Part shown: positions 38,711 through 48,467 of the stretch, piece by piece
Numbering within the stretch: position 1 is the first letter of the stretch
Layout of the letters: the number at the start of each line of letters is the position of its first letter
Origin: an uncultured Methanosarcinales archaeon
GTDB taxonomy: Archaea > Nanobdellota > Nanobdellia > Woesearchaeales > ARS49
Direction: 5' to 3'
Length of the DNA stretch: 64,000 bases
Assembly (NCBI GenBank): GCA_964637115.1
Contig: CAZWVL010000002.1
Location: 1-64,000, forward strand
Notes under the pieces: model-generated
Databases searched by the model: none
The model's input: only the letters and a program-made list of their open reading frames with translations
Told to the model about the DNA's origin: nothing
Program-made: the position numbers and the translations under genes

Positions 38711-39214
38711 ATGAAAGACTCTCTCAAAGTTATTTCAAATGAAATTTCTGAATGCACAAAATGTCCATTGTATAAACACGCAATGCATGGCGTACCTGGA
38801 GAAGGGCCGGCAAATGCAAAAATATTCTTCATCGGCCAAGCGCCAGGCGCAAACGAAGACAAAACAGGAAGGCCATTTGTTGGCAGAGCAGGAAAATACT
38901 TGACAAAAATGATTGAATCAATAGGGCTCAAACGCGAAGATGTGTTTATCACCAGCACAGTCAAACATTTTCCACCAAAAAACAGGGCACCAACAGAACA
39001 AGAAATACACGCGTGTAGACCATATCTACTTCGGCAGCTTGATATTATCAAGCCAGAAATTGTGGTTCTGTTGGGCAGGACAGCGGAATGTATCAAACCC
39101 CTGCTGAACAGCAAGCACATCATGGTTACTGTGCATCCATCTGCAGCAATGCGCTTTACAAAAATGGCTGAGAGAATGGAAAAGGACTTTCAGAACCTTA
39201 AAAAGCTGTTATAG
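38711..39214 (+). CDS. udg: Uracil-DNA glycosylase family 4
   Basis: CTKCPL (Fe-S), IGQAPG, PFVGRAG and HPSAA. Confidence 0.9.
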   Translation: MKDSLKVISNEISECTKCPLYKHAMHGVPGEGPANAKIFFIGQAPGANEDKTGRPFVGRAGKYLTKMIESIGLKREDVFITSTVKHFPPKNRAPTEQEIHACRPYLLRQLDIIKPEIVVLLGRTAECIKPLLNSKHIMVTVHPSAAMRFTKMAERMEKDFQNLKKLL

Positions 39215-39250
39215 ATAACTTTTTAAACGCCGTTCTGTTAAAACCGCACT

Positions 39251-39661
39251 ATGTCACGAGAATTCGACAAAGATATGGAAGATTACCTGCGCGCACGCAA
39301 GCGGGCAGGCATCAGCATCAAGGGCCTAAAAGAGATACTTCAAAATCTGATTCCTAAACGAAAATTACCAGACCATATAGAGCTTCATGAGGAAGTAGAA
39401 GTATACCACGAAAAAGCACCAGAGACAAAACGCAAAGACAGCATGCTAACCAAATTCTTCAAAAAAGAAGACCATTCAAGCGAAGAATTCCTGCAGGCAA
39501 AAATGGCAGCAGAAGACGCCATAGCAGACATCAAAGAAATATCAAAAATCACATTGAACATGATAAGACAACTGCCAGATGAGCAATTAAGACAGTTCAG
39601 ACAGTCAGAAGATTTTGAAAGAATGAAAACAATTCTGAAAAAACACGAATTGATTAAATGA
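39251..39661 (+). CDS. Hypothetical protein (136 aa)
   Basis: Fills an operon slot with an ATGA overlap to the next gene. Confidence 0.6.
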   Translation: MSREFDKDMEDYLRARKRAGISIKGLKEILQNLIPKRKLPDHIELHEEVEVYHEKAPETKRKDSMLTKFFKKEDHSSEEFLQAKMAAEDAIADIKEISKITLNMIRQLPDEQLRQFRQSEDFERMKTILKKHELIK

Positions 39662-40206
39662 AAACACTGGTTACTTTAGAAAAACTAAAAGAACTTCTCG
39701 ATGCATTTGAAAAAGCTCACATACATTACATGGTCATAGCCGGTTTCGGGCTTGATGGACTAAGAGGACATCAAACAAGACCGCACCAAGATGTGGATAT
39801 TCTTTGCTTAAAGAAAGATGCAAAAAAGATAGAAAAAACAACTTCTGATTTAAATTATAAAGGCGAATGGTTTCAGGATTTGTACAAGATAAAACGAAAA
39901 GAAGACGGAAGCAAAGCAGATTTGGCAATGGCAACAAAGGAAGGCGAAGAGTATGTCACTTATGGCAGAATAGCAGTTACGCGATTTCCCCGCATTTTAT
40001 TCAAACCGCAAATAGGAAGAATCAGAGACTTTAAATTCAAGATAGCGCCAAATGAACTCCTGAAAACATATGCCCTCCACGCGACGAAAGGCGACGACAA
40101 AGCATACGCCGATAAAATACCTGTTGACACAAAAATTATTGGGAAGATCCGAAGAGTCTTGAGAACTCCTCCTCAAACTGCAAAGCAATCTGCGGGTCAC
40201 GAATGA
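39658..40206 (+). CDS. Pol-beta-fold nucleotidyltransferase, ANT(2'')/Lnu-like
   Basis: IAGFGLDGLRGHQTRPHQDVDI resembles the GGW-x-D-x3-G-x-QTR-x-H-x-DID signature. Confidence 0.6.
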   Translation: MKTLVTLEKLKELLDAFEKAHIHYMVIAGFGLDGLRGHQTRPHQDVDILCLKKDAKKIEKTTSDLNYKGEWFQDLYKIKRKEDGSKADLAMATKEGEEYVTYGRIAVTRFPRILFKPQIGRIRDFKFKIAPNELLKTYALHATKGDDKAYADKIPVDTKIIGKIRRVLRTPPQTAKQSAGHE

Positions 40207-41017
40207 TGACTATGTTTTCGTCGTTTCGTTCGTTAGCAGCTTTTGAAGGATTGTAACTGCCGGTAATAACTGTATTACCGTCAATGATGAAAACTTTGTG
40301 GTGGACTTTTGCGATTTTTGACAAGTCTTTGAGTTTTTCGTATTCACTGTACTTGTTTTTTCTGGGATCAAATACGCCTCTTATGTCAAGACCCTGAGAT
40401 TTTTTCTCGAGCAACATGTTACCAATGCTGTCATCAGTAAACGAATAAGCCATGAAATGGATAGACTGCTTTGCTTCGCTCAATACGTTAATAACATTAC
40501 TTTGGCAATTGTCCTCGGGGCAGAAATAAGCTTCAGCAAGCTGTCCATTAAGTTTTACCAAACCTGGAAACTGCGTGCCACCATGAAAATCTTTATTGTA
40601 AAGCTCATCAAATTCTTTTTTATACGCATGTGCCAAAGTCCTGCTCTGAATCAAAACAACATTATTAGGAATCGTCATCTCTTGCGCAGGATTCCAAGAG
40701 CCGGTCCAGACATATTGGTTATCAATAACACAGAATTTGTTATGCATTAAGCCATTTCCAAATTCCGCAACAGAGCCCGGCAATGGGTGCTCCTCATCAG
40801 TAACCAGCTTGGCATCCTTTTGGTCAAGCAGGCCAAAGAAGTTGTTGTTAATGTGGTATAAGGCACACGACAAAGACTGGGCATTAGCAATCTTTTCAGC
40901 AAATATCTGAGTACAATTCACTTTATCGCAAAAGAAAGCCTCTATGGTACCTGTTTCCTCTGGAATAGGTGTTACCATGCACCCAACCAACAGTAGGCAA
41001 ATCAAGGCATACTTCAT
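40136..41017 (-). CDS. Phospholipase D-family (two HKD motifs) lipoprotein, nuclease or lipase
   Basis: Lipobox LVGC, MHNKFCVID..TGSWN and VHHKVFIID..TGSYN. Confidence 0.85.
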   Translation of the reverse strand: MKYALICLLLVGCMVTPIPEETGTIEAFFCDKVNCTQIFAEKIANAQSLSCALYHINNNFFGLLDQKDAKLVTDEEHPLPGSVAEFGNGLMHNKFCVIDNQYVWTGSWNPAQEMTIPNNVVLIQSRTLAHAYKKEFDELYNKDFHGGTQFPGLVKLNGQLAEAYFCPEDNCQSNVINVLSEAKQSIHFMAYSFTDDSIGNMLLEKKSQGLDIRGVFDPRKNKYSEYEKLKDLSKIAKVHHKVFIIDGNTVITGSYNPSKAANERNDENIVIIRDPQIALQFEEEFSRLFGSSQ

Positions 41018-41184
41018 TTATAAACTCCTTCAGGGGCCCTTTATAAAGCCCCTGCCCATGATTACGTTGTTGTTACTCTTAAGTAGTCGGAAATCGAAAG
41101 ATTTATATATTCCTATACTATATGAGAGTAGTAACAAGGGTGGTGTAGGGGTGATAAAACATTCTACGCCATTTCATTTCAAAA

Positions 41185-42972
41185 TCACCTCTTTTTCCCT
41201 CGCAGGCGTCGCTCACGCGGCGCTTGCAGGGTTTGAAAATTACTAACAGACGAAAGTCTCTTTCTGGAAATCTGGCGCGCAATAATCCAAATGAAAACTG
41301 CACCAACAATCACTCCAGCTATAAATGCAAAGAACGTAGCGGGCAGTTTTGGCATGCTTAGTTTTACAACTGGTGGCTTTTTTTCCTCGAAATAAATGTC
41401 AAGATTTGAAAGCTCCAGAGAGTATTCAGTAAAAAGCATTGAAGAAACACGGTCAAAGTCTCTCAGAGACTTGGCATATTCATAATAACTGTACGCAATA
41501 ATCGGGAAGACGTTCTTGCGCTGGGCCTTAATCAAGGCCTGCTTGGCAATCTGCAATTTAAGATCTATCACTTCACCAAAGCGCTGCTCCTCAACACCCA
41601 TCAAACTAAGAAGCACATCAGCCTCAGACTTTGCTTTTGCAGCAGTGTAAAGACACATAATGTACTTGCCATTACTTAGCAAGCCATAAGCGTTGTCGAT
41701 ATCAGCTCTTGTAGCATCCAATGCCTCTGGAATAATACTTTTCACATAATTATAACGCTCCTCTGCTTCAGAAATCTTCTCAACACAAACCGATTGCAAT
41801 GAAGTCTTGTCAATAACCACCAGCTTATCCTGGCCGTCAAAGAAACGCGACCAAGTGATTCCAGAGAATAGTCTTTCTTCAGCAAAACCAATTGTGCCTG
41901 CACTATCTGTCTGATTATTCTTCAGGTCATTGGAAACTTCATCCAGCAAACCCTTTGCTTCATCAACGCGCTCCATCACAGCCATAAACGTCTGCAAATC
42001 AGTCAAAGTGGTAATGTTCCGCGACTCAACCTCATTTTTGGTTTTGTTGACTTCTGCCTTCAACTGTTCAACCCTGTTCTCAAGCTCTAATATGGAAAGA
42101 TTCTGTTCACGATACCAATAACTCTTGTATTCTACATTTGCACGGAAACAGTAAGAAGCAGCAGCGTAATAAGCACCCTTCTGTTGTTCAGCAACTGACC
42201 GTTCAGTGAAATTCCTGGCCTGTGTTAGATTATCCTTCAAAGGCCTTGAGAAATAATCCGCACTGCGCTTGCATAAATCTTCAGACACGTCCTTCATAAT
42301 ACGCTGATATCTGCCTTCAATCCTCAATTCCTCGTCTGAAATCTGCTGAGGAATACCGAGCACAAGATCCAAGACTTCGCCCAATGTTGCGACTTCAGTA
42401 ACGGTTAAATTAAACTGCCTGCCATACTCGACAAGATCCAAGGTCTTATTATTATTGTCCTTGACATCCTTTGTGCCTTTTGGCAACAAAACAGTTCTGA
42501 TACCATTGTTGCCAGCTGCCTCAACCTTGTTCTGCAAGCCGCCAACCGGACCAATCATGCCGCCACTGTTAATCGTGCCAGTCATAGCAACATCTCCAGG
42601 CAAGGACTTATTGAGAAGCAAAGCAGTAGTTAATAGTGCAGCAGCACCACCAGCACTAGGACCGCCAACAATGCCGGGCATGGCGCGAATGGCAAACAAG
42701 AAATCATATTTTGAACAATCAACTTCAATATATTTGCAAGCAATCTGCTGGGCAAACCTCAAAGAAGCCTGTGTAGTAACTTTAGTCATAGGGAACGTTT
42801 CCAAAAACACGCGCTCACTACCAGGACGCAATTCAAGCTCTAATGAAGCAACACTGCCAGTTTTACTCGTGCCGTTCTCCACCAAGGCCAACAGTGTAAT
42901 ATTGCCTTTAGCAAGCACTTCCTGAGCGCTTACAGCGGCAGACAAGAGCAGGAAAATTATCACCCATTTCAT
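41185..42972 (-). CDS. Membrane-anchored S16 (Lon proteolytic domain) serine protease without an ATPase domain
   Basis: Signal peptide, GGPSAG (Ser), MTGTI..PVGGLQNK (Lys), helical repeats and C-terminal TM helix. Confidence 0.85.
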   Translation of the reverse strand: MKWVIIFLLLSAAVSAQEVLAKGNITLLALVENGTSKTGSVASLELELRPGSERVFLETFPMTKVTTQASLRFAQQIACKYIEVDCSKYDFLFAIRAMPGIVGGPSAGGAAALLTTALLLNKSLPGDVAMTGTINSGGMIGPVGGLQNKVEAAGNNGIRTVLLPKGTKDVKDNNNKTLDLVEYGRQFNLTVTEVATLGEVLDLVLGIPQQISDEELRIEGRYQRIMKDVSEDLCKRSADYFSRPLKDNLTQARNFTERSVAEQQKGAYYAAASYCFRANVEYKSYWYREQNLSILELENRVEQLKAEVNKTKNEVESRNITTLTDLQTFMAVMERVDEAKGLLDEVSNDLKNNQTDSAGTIGFAEERLFSGITWSRFFDGQDKLVVIDKTSLQSVCVEKISEAEERYNYVKSIIPEALDATRADIDNAYGLLSNGKYIMCLYTAAKAKSEADVLLSLMGVEEQRFGEVIDLKLQIAKQALIKAQRKNVFPIIAYSYYEYAKSLRDFDRVSSMLFTEYSLELSNLDIYFEEKKPPVVKLSMPKLPATFFAFIAGVIVGAVFIWIIARQISRKRLSSVSNFQTLQAPRERRLRGKKR

Positions 42973-42995
42973 ACTGCAAATAACTAAATGAGCCT

Positions 42996-45233
42996 TTAAG
43001 AACTTTTTGATTGAGTTTTGCCTTTTTCCTGTTTAGCTGCAGCTTTGGCAGCATCTTGATTAGGATTCGGAATTCTTTCAATACTTCTGCACTTAGGGAA
43101 CCGATTGCATGCCAAGAATCCACCATAAATGCTCTTTCTGAGAATCATCTTCCCTTCACCGCACTTTTTACAAGGTTTTTCAACATAAGCAGGAACTGCC
43201 TTGCTTGGGCAATCAACATTAATGCAGACTTCCTGAGGCCTCTTGGCTTTGCGGATCATCTTAACAATAGGAAACTGGCAGTGCTGGCAGATGTTAGGCG
43301 TAACTTCAACCAAACCAGACGCAGGCAGCTTAAAAGTAGTTTTGCAATCAGGATATTTGTCGCACGCGATAAACCGGCCAAACTTTCCAGTGCGCAAGAT
43401 AAGCATACCCGGCTTGCAACTCGGACACTTGCCCACAGTCGTCATTGCCGCTCTTGTCTCAGTAAAAGTCTTCTTGAGCTCCTCTCCAATGAGTTTTTCT
43501 TTTGATTTGAATTCAGTGCAAATATCCGTCATTACATGCTTTGCTTCTTCCAAAATCTCTTCACGATGCTTCTTATTCTCCCTTATTAATTCCATATCCT
43601 CTTCAAAATGACGGGTAAGCTCTTCATCAAGAATTTTAGGAGAATATTTCTCAAGAATAATGATTATTTCCATGCCCAATTCTGTTACAGTAATAGCTTC
43701 ACCCTGAACATAATTACGTTTGCGCAATGTCTCTACAATTTCAGCACGCGTTGCCTTTGTTCCAAGATTGCGCTTTTCCAATTCCCGGATAAGAGAAGCA
43801 GGAGTGTAACGTTTTGGCGGCTTTGTTTCATCGGCATGCTGGATGATGTCTTTGATCGAAACTTCCTCGCCTGCTTTCATTGCAGGAAGTTCTTCCTCTT
43901 CAAGTTTGACATATGGAGCGTAAAAGACGTGCCAGTTAGGAGCAACTGTTCTAGTTCCTTTTGAGATGAATAACTCGTTGTTCACGTCAACTTTTGCAAT
44001 AACTGTTTCCCTGACGGCTGCTTCTCCGAAAGTTGAGAAGAAACGCTTGACGATAATGTCGTAGATTTTAGCCTCCCTGCCTTCAAGCCCTTTTGGCGCA
44101 ATTCCAGTCGGGAAAATAGCCGGGTGAGCAGGATCAGTCTTCTTGCCATTATTTGGCTCAAGCTTTGACTTTTGCAGGAGCATATTTGCTAATTCCTTGT
44201 ATTCAGATTGTTTTGACAATTCTTTGAGAATCTTATGAATGCCGATACTTGGCGGCAGCTGCTGTGAACTGGTACGGGGATAAGAAATCCAACCATTTGT
44301 GTACAAGTCCTGGGCAATTGCTAATGTGACGCTTGGGTTAGTGCCAAAACAACGGTAAGCTTCTGTCTGCAAACTTGTAAGATCAAAAGGTACGGGAGGA
44401 TTCTGCTTAAATTGACCCTTGGTAACTTCCTTAACAGAGCCCTTCTTCTTTCCCTTGACTTTATCCATTACTGAGTCTGCCTTGTCTTTTTCCCAGAATT
44501 TATCAGCCTCATGCCATGCAACAAGCACGCCATCTTTTACTTTTCCCTGCAGTTCAACCATCCAGTACGGTACAGGTTTGAATGCCCTGATTTCACGCTC
44601 CCTGTCAGCAACAATCTTCAATGCAGGACCCTGCACACGACCAGTGCTCAAAATTTTGAACATACCTGCATTCTTGATAGAACTAGTCAAGGCCCTCGAC
44701 AAATTAATACCGTAAAAATAATCGAGGAAATGCCTTGTTTCACCAGCCTCTGCCTGACGCCAGTCCAAATGCTCAGAAGCTTTTTCATAAGATTCAACCA
44801 ATTCATCTTTTGTCAAGGTAGAAAACTTCATACGCTTGGCATCATTTCTGTTGCAAATATAACGCACAATGTTAAGACCAATAACTTCACCCTCAACATC
44901 ATAGTCAGTTGCCACAGTAACAGACTTCGCATCCTTTGACAATTTTTTCAAAGCTTCAAGATAACCTTTGGTGAAGGCAGCACCCTTAGAAATCTCAAAT
45001 GTAGGCACCCACTCAATGTCAAACACAGGATAAGCAAAACCTTTGGACTTCTTTTTCTCAGCAAGACCAAACAAGTGGCCAACAGCACAGCCAACCACAA
45101 TCTCGTTCTTGCCGTGCGTTACAAGATAATATGGAATGCCCTTAATGTCCTTCTTAACCGGTTTTCCATCAGCCAACGACTCGGCCACCTTCTTGCTGGC
45201 ATTTGGCTTCTCTGTAATGATAAGTTCGTACAT
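42996..45233 (-). CDS. topA: DNA topoisomerase I (type IA)
   Basis: ITEKP, ATDYDVEGE, STGRVQ, ISYPRTS (catalytic Tyr), NLGTKATR and C-terminal Zn ribbons; start set to ATG 45233. Confidence 0.95.
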   Translation of the reverse strand: MYELIITEKPNASKKVAESLADGKPVKKDIKGIPYYLVTHGKNEIVVGCAVGHLFGLAEKKKSKGFAYPVFDIEWVPTFEISKGAAFTKGYLEALKKLSKDAKSVTVATDYDVEGEVIGLNIVRYICNRNDAKRMKFSTLTKDELVESYEKASEHLDWRQAEAGETRHFLDYFYGINLSRALTSSIKNAGMFKILSTGRVQGPALKIVADREREIRAFKPVPYWMVELQGKVKDGVLVAWHEADKFWEKDKADSVMDKVKGKKKGSVKEVTKGQFKQNPPVPFDLTSLQTEAYRCFGTNPSVTLAIAQDLYTNGWISYPRTSSQQLPPSIGIHKILKELSKQSEYKELANMLLQKSKLEPNNGKKTDPAHPAIFPTGIAPKGLEGREAKIYDIIVKRFFSTFGEAAVRETVIAKVDVNNELFISKGTRTVAPNWHVFYAPYVKLEEEELPAMKAGEEVSIKDIIQHADETKPPKRYTPASLIRELEKRNLGTKATRAEIVETLRKRNYVQGEAITVTELGMEIIIILEKYSPKILDEELTRHFEEDMELIRENKKHREEILEEAKHVMTDICTEFKSKEKLIGEELKKTFTETRAAMTTVGKCPSCKPGMLILRTGKFGRFIACDKYPDCKTTFKLPASGLVEVTPNICQHCQFPIVKMIRKAKRPQEVCINVDCPSKAVPAYVEKPCKKCGEGKMILRKSIYGGFLACNRFPKCRSIERIPNPNQDAAKAAAKQEKGKTQSKSS

Positions 45234-45403
45234 TAACCGGTGTGAAGATGGGCAGTTCTTTTTAAATGTTCGGATACTATATATAGGCGGCAACATAAGG
45301 TATTTAAATGGATTCTTCATGAGGACGATTAATGGAAAAAGAGGCAGCGCCGAATGCGATTCGGTTGGTCTCTTTTTCCATAGCGTAAGTTAAAGGATGC
45401 AAT

Positions 45404-47047
45404 ATGGAAAAAGAGGACATTAAACGCATTGCCACAGTAATTAGAGTCCTTGCCAAGCACGGTTTAGGAGGAGTTCTCAGCAGATACGGGTTTGCTTGGT
45501 ACTTGCCAATCTTCAAAAGAGACGCTGGAGCACTGCCGCCGGACCTGCCAAAGAGATTACGATTATCTATGGAAGAGCTTGGGGGAGCTTACATCAAGCT
45601 CGGACAATTGCTGAGCGTCAGGCCAGACTTAGTGCCAGTTGAATACTGCGATGAGTTTGCCAAACTGCAAGACGACGTTCCACCAGAATCATTGGCGGTT
45701 GTGGAAAAAACAATTGAACACGAGTTCAGGAAACCATACACTGCAATTTTTACACACATAGATCCCAAACCACTGGGCAGCGCAAGCGTTGCACAAGTGC
45801 ACAAAGCACGTTTGAAGAGTGGGAAAGCAGTTGCCATAAAAGTACAACGGCCGGATATGCGGCAGAAATTTGCAGCAGATATTGACATCATCCGCTACAT
45901 TGGACAAAAGCTGCAGAAACACCTGCAAAATAATGTTGATATCATACAAATAATAAATGAATTTGAAAGATATACAAAAAAAGAACTTGACTTCACGGTT
46001 GAGGCAGGGCATATTGACGAAATATGCAAGGGAATCAATATACGGAGTATAGTAGTTCCCAAAGTCTTCTGGGCATATACAACTGAAAAAATCCTGACAA
46101 TGGAATATCTGGACGGCGTAAAGCTGTCAGAAATGAAAATAGCAGACAAGCCGCATATGGCGCGTGTTCTAGTTGATGCGTTTGTCGATCAAGTCTTTAC
46201 TTGCGGAACATTCCACGCAGACTTACATCCAGGAAACATTTTGTTGATGAAAGACGGAAAACTCGGACTGCTGGACTTCGGCATTGTCGGACACCTTGAT
46301 GTACGCACAAGAAAGCTGGGAATTGACCTCTACATGGCAATTCTCGACAGAGACACACGCGAAATATCAGAAACACTGCTCAAATACGGCACTCCAGGCA
46401 GCAGGACAAAAGTAGATGTGTTCATGAATGATGTTTCAGAACTCGTCAGTTCCTGGTGGGAATCAAACCCCGAAAAAAGAAAAGTCTCACATTTGCTCAA
46501 TAAACTGTTCATACTATGCGCACAGCACCACATCAGAATGCCAGTTGATACAATACTTCTAGGAAAGGGAATGATGACAGTAGAAGCAACAGCGCGTCAA
46601 TTAGACCCCCACTTTAATTTTGTCGCATATTCAGAGCCGCGCATTTCGCAACTGCTGAAAAAACAGCACGCACCAAAAAAAACATTACAACACTTTACTC
46701 AACGAGCACGCTTATTTGCAGAAGCAATCTCTGAAATACCATCCAGAACAATGGATGTCTTGGACCGTGTAAAAAAAGAAGGCGTAACGATAAATCTCAG
46801 AGACACGCAGTTCAGACACATAGGCCAGGACCTGAACAGGTCAAGCAACAGACTCAGCTATGCAATGATAGCAGCAGCGTGCATTCTGGCCGGCAGTCTA
46901 ATGATAAATGTCGGGCCGAAAGTAGCTGACTATAGTATCATCAGCCTGCTCAGTTTAAGCATTGCCAGCTTATTTGTCATAGTACTATTCATTTCAATCA
47001 CACGAGAACAGAGAAAACCATATGATGTACACGAAGACAGTACATAA
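45404..47047 (+). CDS. ABC1/AarF/UbiB-family atypical kinase
   Basis: IKLGQLLSVRPD, LQDDVPP, ASVAQVH, VAIKVQRP, FHADLHPGN and LLDFG. Confidence 0.9.
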   Translation: MEKEDIKRIATVIRVLAKHGLGGVLSRYGFAWYLPIFKRDAGALPPDLPKRLRLSMEELGGAYIKLGQLLSVRPDLVPVEYCDEFAKLQDDVPPESLAVVEKTIEHEFRKPYTAIFTHIDPKPLGSASVAQVHKARLKSGKAVAIKVQRPDMRQKFAADIDIIRYIGQKLQKHLQNNVDIIQIINEFERYTKKELDFTVEAGHIDEICKGINIRSIVVPKVFWAYTTEKILTMEYLDGVKLSEMKIADKPHMARVLVDAFVDQVFTCGTFHADLHPGNILLMKDGKLGLLDFGIVGHLDVRTRKLGIDLYMAILDRDTREISETLLKYGTPGSRTKVDVFMNDVSELVSSWWESNPEKRKVSHLLNKLFILCAQHHIRMPVDTILLGKGMMTVEATARQLDPHFNFVAYSEPRISQLLKKQHAPKKTLQHFTQRARLFAEAISEIPSRTMDVLDRVKKEGVTINLRDTQFRHIGQDLNRSSNRLSYAMIAAACILAGSLMINVGPKVADYSIISLLSLSIASLFVIVLFISITREQRKPYDVHEDST

Positions 47048-47140
47048 GTGTTGGAAATCCGCAAAAATAAATAATTGATTGTGAGAATCTCCGAGCACCT
47101 TTCCGAAGGTTTTAAATAACTAATATCCACAGGTGAGAGC

Positions 47141-47416
47141 ATGGCAAGAAAAATCAGAAAAGCGATGAGATTAGGAGCGCGCATTGTAACAGCAGCAAAA
47201 AGCAGGCTGGCACGCGATATGAAAATGCTTGTCAAATCAGGCATTATCAACAGAAAAGAAGCACAAAGGCTTGCGAAGGTAATAACTGCAGAAGTGAGAG
47301 TAGAAAAAGAGCGAATAAAGCAGTTTGCCAAGGCAGAGCTTAAGCGCGGACTTAAAAGAGCAAAACCGCTGGTAAAGAAAGCAGTTTCACGCTTGAAGAA
47401 GGCACGCAGACGGTAA
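47141..47416 (+). CDS. Small, very basic protein, phasin-like
   Basis: AGGTGA SD; LVKSGIINRKEAQRL resembles the phasin-like partners of ABC1 kinases; 33 of 91 residues are K/R. Confidence 0.55.
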   Translation: MARKIRKAMRLGARIVTAAKSRLARDMKMLVKSGIINRKEAQRLAKVITAEVRVEKERIKQFAKAELKRGLKRAKPLVKKAVSRLKKARRR

Positions 47417-47450
47417 ATATTTAAAGCACACGAGCGTATTTCTTAAGACC

Positions 47451-48467
47451 ATGAGTGAGCATTTCCAAAAAGTATTCCTGCAGGCAGATCCGTTTACGGA
47501 CATCCTTGGACAGGAAAAAACAAAACAACAGCTGAAAAGTGCCCTTCTGATGAACAGGCACGTTATTGTGTTAGGTCCACCAGGCATAGGCAAGACTACT
47601 TTAGCGAAGAACGTGGCGCGCTTACTGCCAGCGCTTGTTGTGAACGAATGCGAGTACAACTGTGATCCGAAAAATCCTCTTTGTCCGGAATGCAAGGTCA
47701 AGAAGCCAAAGACAAAGAAAGTTAATGGTGAAGAGAGATTTGTAAGAGTGCAAGGCAGTCCTGACTTGACTGTTGAAGACTTACTTGGAGACATTGATCC
47801 GGTTAAAGCACTGCAATTTGGGCCGACAAGCATACAAGCCTTCACTCCAGGCAAAATATTCAAGGCAAACCAAGGAATATTATTCTTTGACGAACTGAAT
47901 AGATGTCCTGAAAAATTACAGAACGCATTATTACAAGTTCTTGAAGAAGGCAAGTCTACTTTAGGAGCTTACACAGTAGATTTGCCTGCAAACTTCATCT
48001 TTATCGGAACGATGAATCCGGAAGAGACTGCAGCAACTGAAAAATTGTCAGACGTTTTCATGGACAGATTTGACATAGTCCACATGGGTTATCCAGAAAG
48101 CCTTGACATCGAAAAAAGAATAGTGCTGAATAAAGGACAAAAGCTGCCTCTCGAGTTTGAAGACGAATTACTATCATTAGGAATATTATTTGTAAGAATG
48201 TTAAGAGAACACAAGAACATCTTAAAGAAACCAAGCGTCAGAGCAAGCCTTGGCATCTACGAAAGAGCACAGGCAAACGCCTTCCTGGCAAAAAGAAAAA
48301 TAGTAACGCCTGGAGACCTTGCAGAAGCACTTATATCAGTCCTAGCTCATAGAATTGAGCTTAAGCCGAGCGTCAAATACCTGCAGACGAACGAAGAGTT
48401 CATCAAAGAGCAGTTTGACGCGTTCTCAGGGCAACACCCCGAGCTTTCCGGTGGTGGTGGCCTTTGA
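47451..48467 (+). CDS. ChlI/MoxR-type AAA+ ATPase
   Basis: GPPGIGKT, Cys-rich insert CEYNCDPKNPLCPEC, FFDELNR, GTMNP and MDRF. Confidence 0.85.
   Translation: MSEHFQKVFLQADPFTDILGQEKTKQQLKSALLMNRHVIVLGPPGIGKTTLAKNVARLLPALVVNECEYNCDPKNPLCPECKVKKPKTKKVNGEERFVRVQGSPDLTVEDLLGDIDPVKALQFGPTSIQAFTPGKIFKANQGILFFDELNRCPEKLQNALLQVLEEGKSTLGAYTVDLPANFIFIGTMNPEETAATEKLSDVFMDRFDIVHMGYPESLDIEKRIVLNKGQKLPLEFEDELLSLGILFVRMLREHKNILKKPSVRASLGIYERAQANAFLAKRKIVTPGDLAEALISVLAHRIELKPSVKYLQTNEEFIKEQFDAFSGQHPELSGGGGL

Noticed and set aside
40136-40206. 71-nt convergent overlap of the nucleotidyltransferase and PLD genes as a dual-coding signal
   Set aside because: The overlapping tail (RTPPQTAKQSAGHE) looks like a non-conserved run-on; short convergent overlaps are common in compact genomes.
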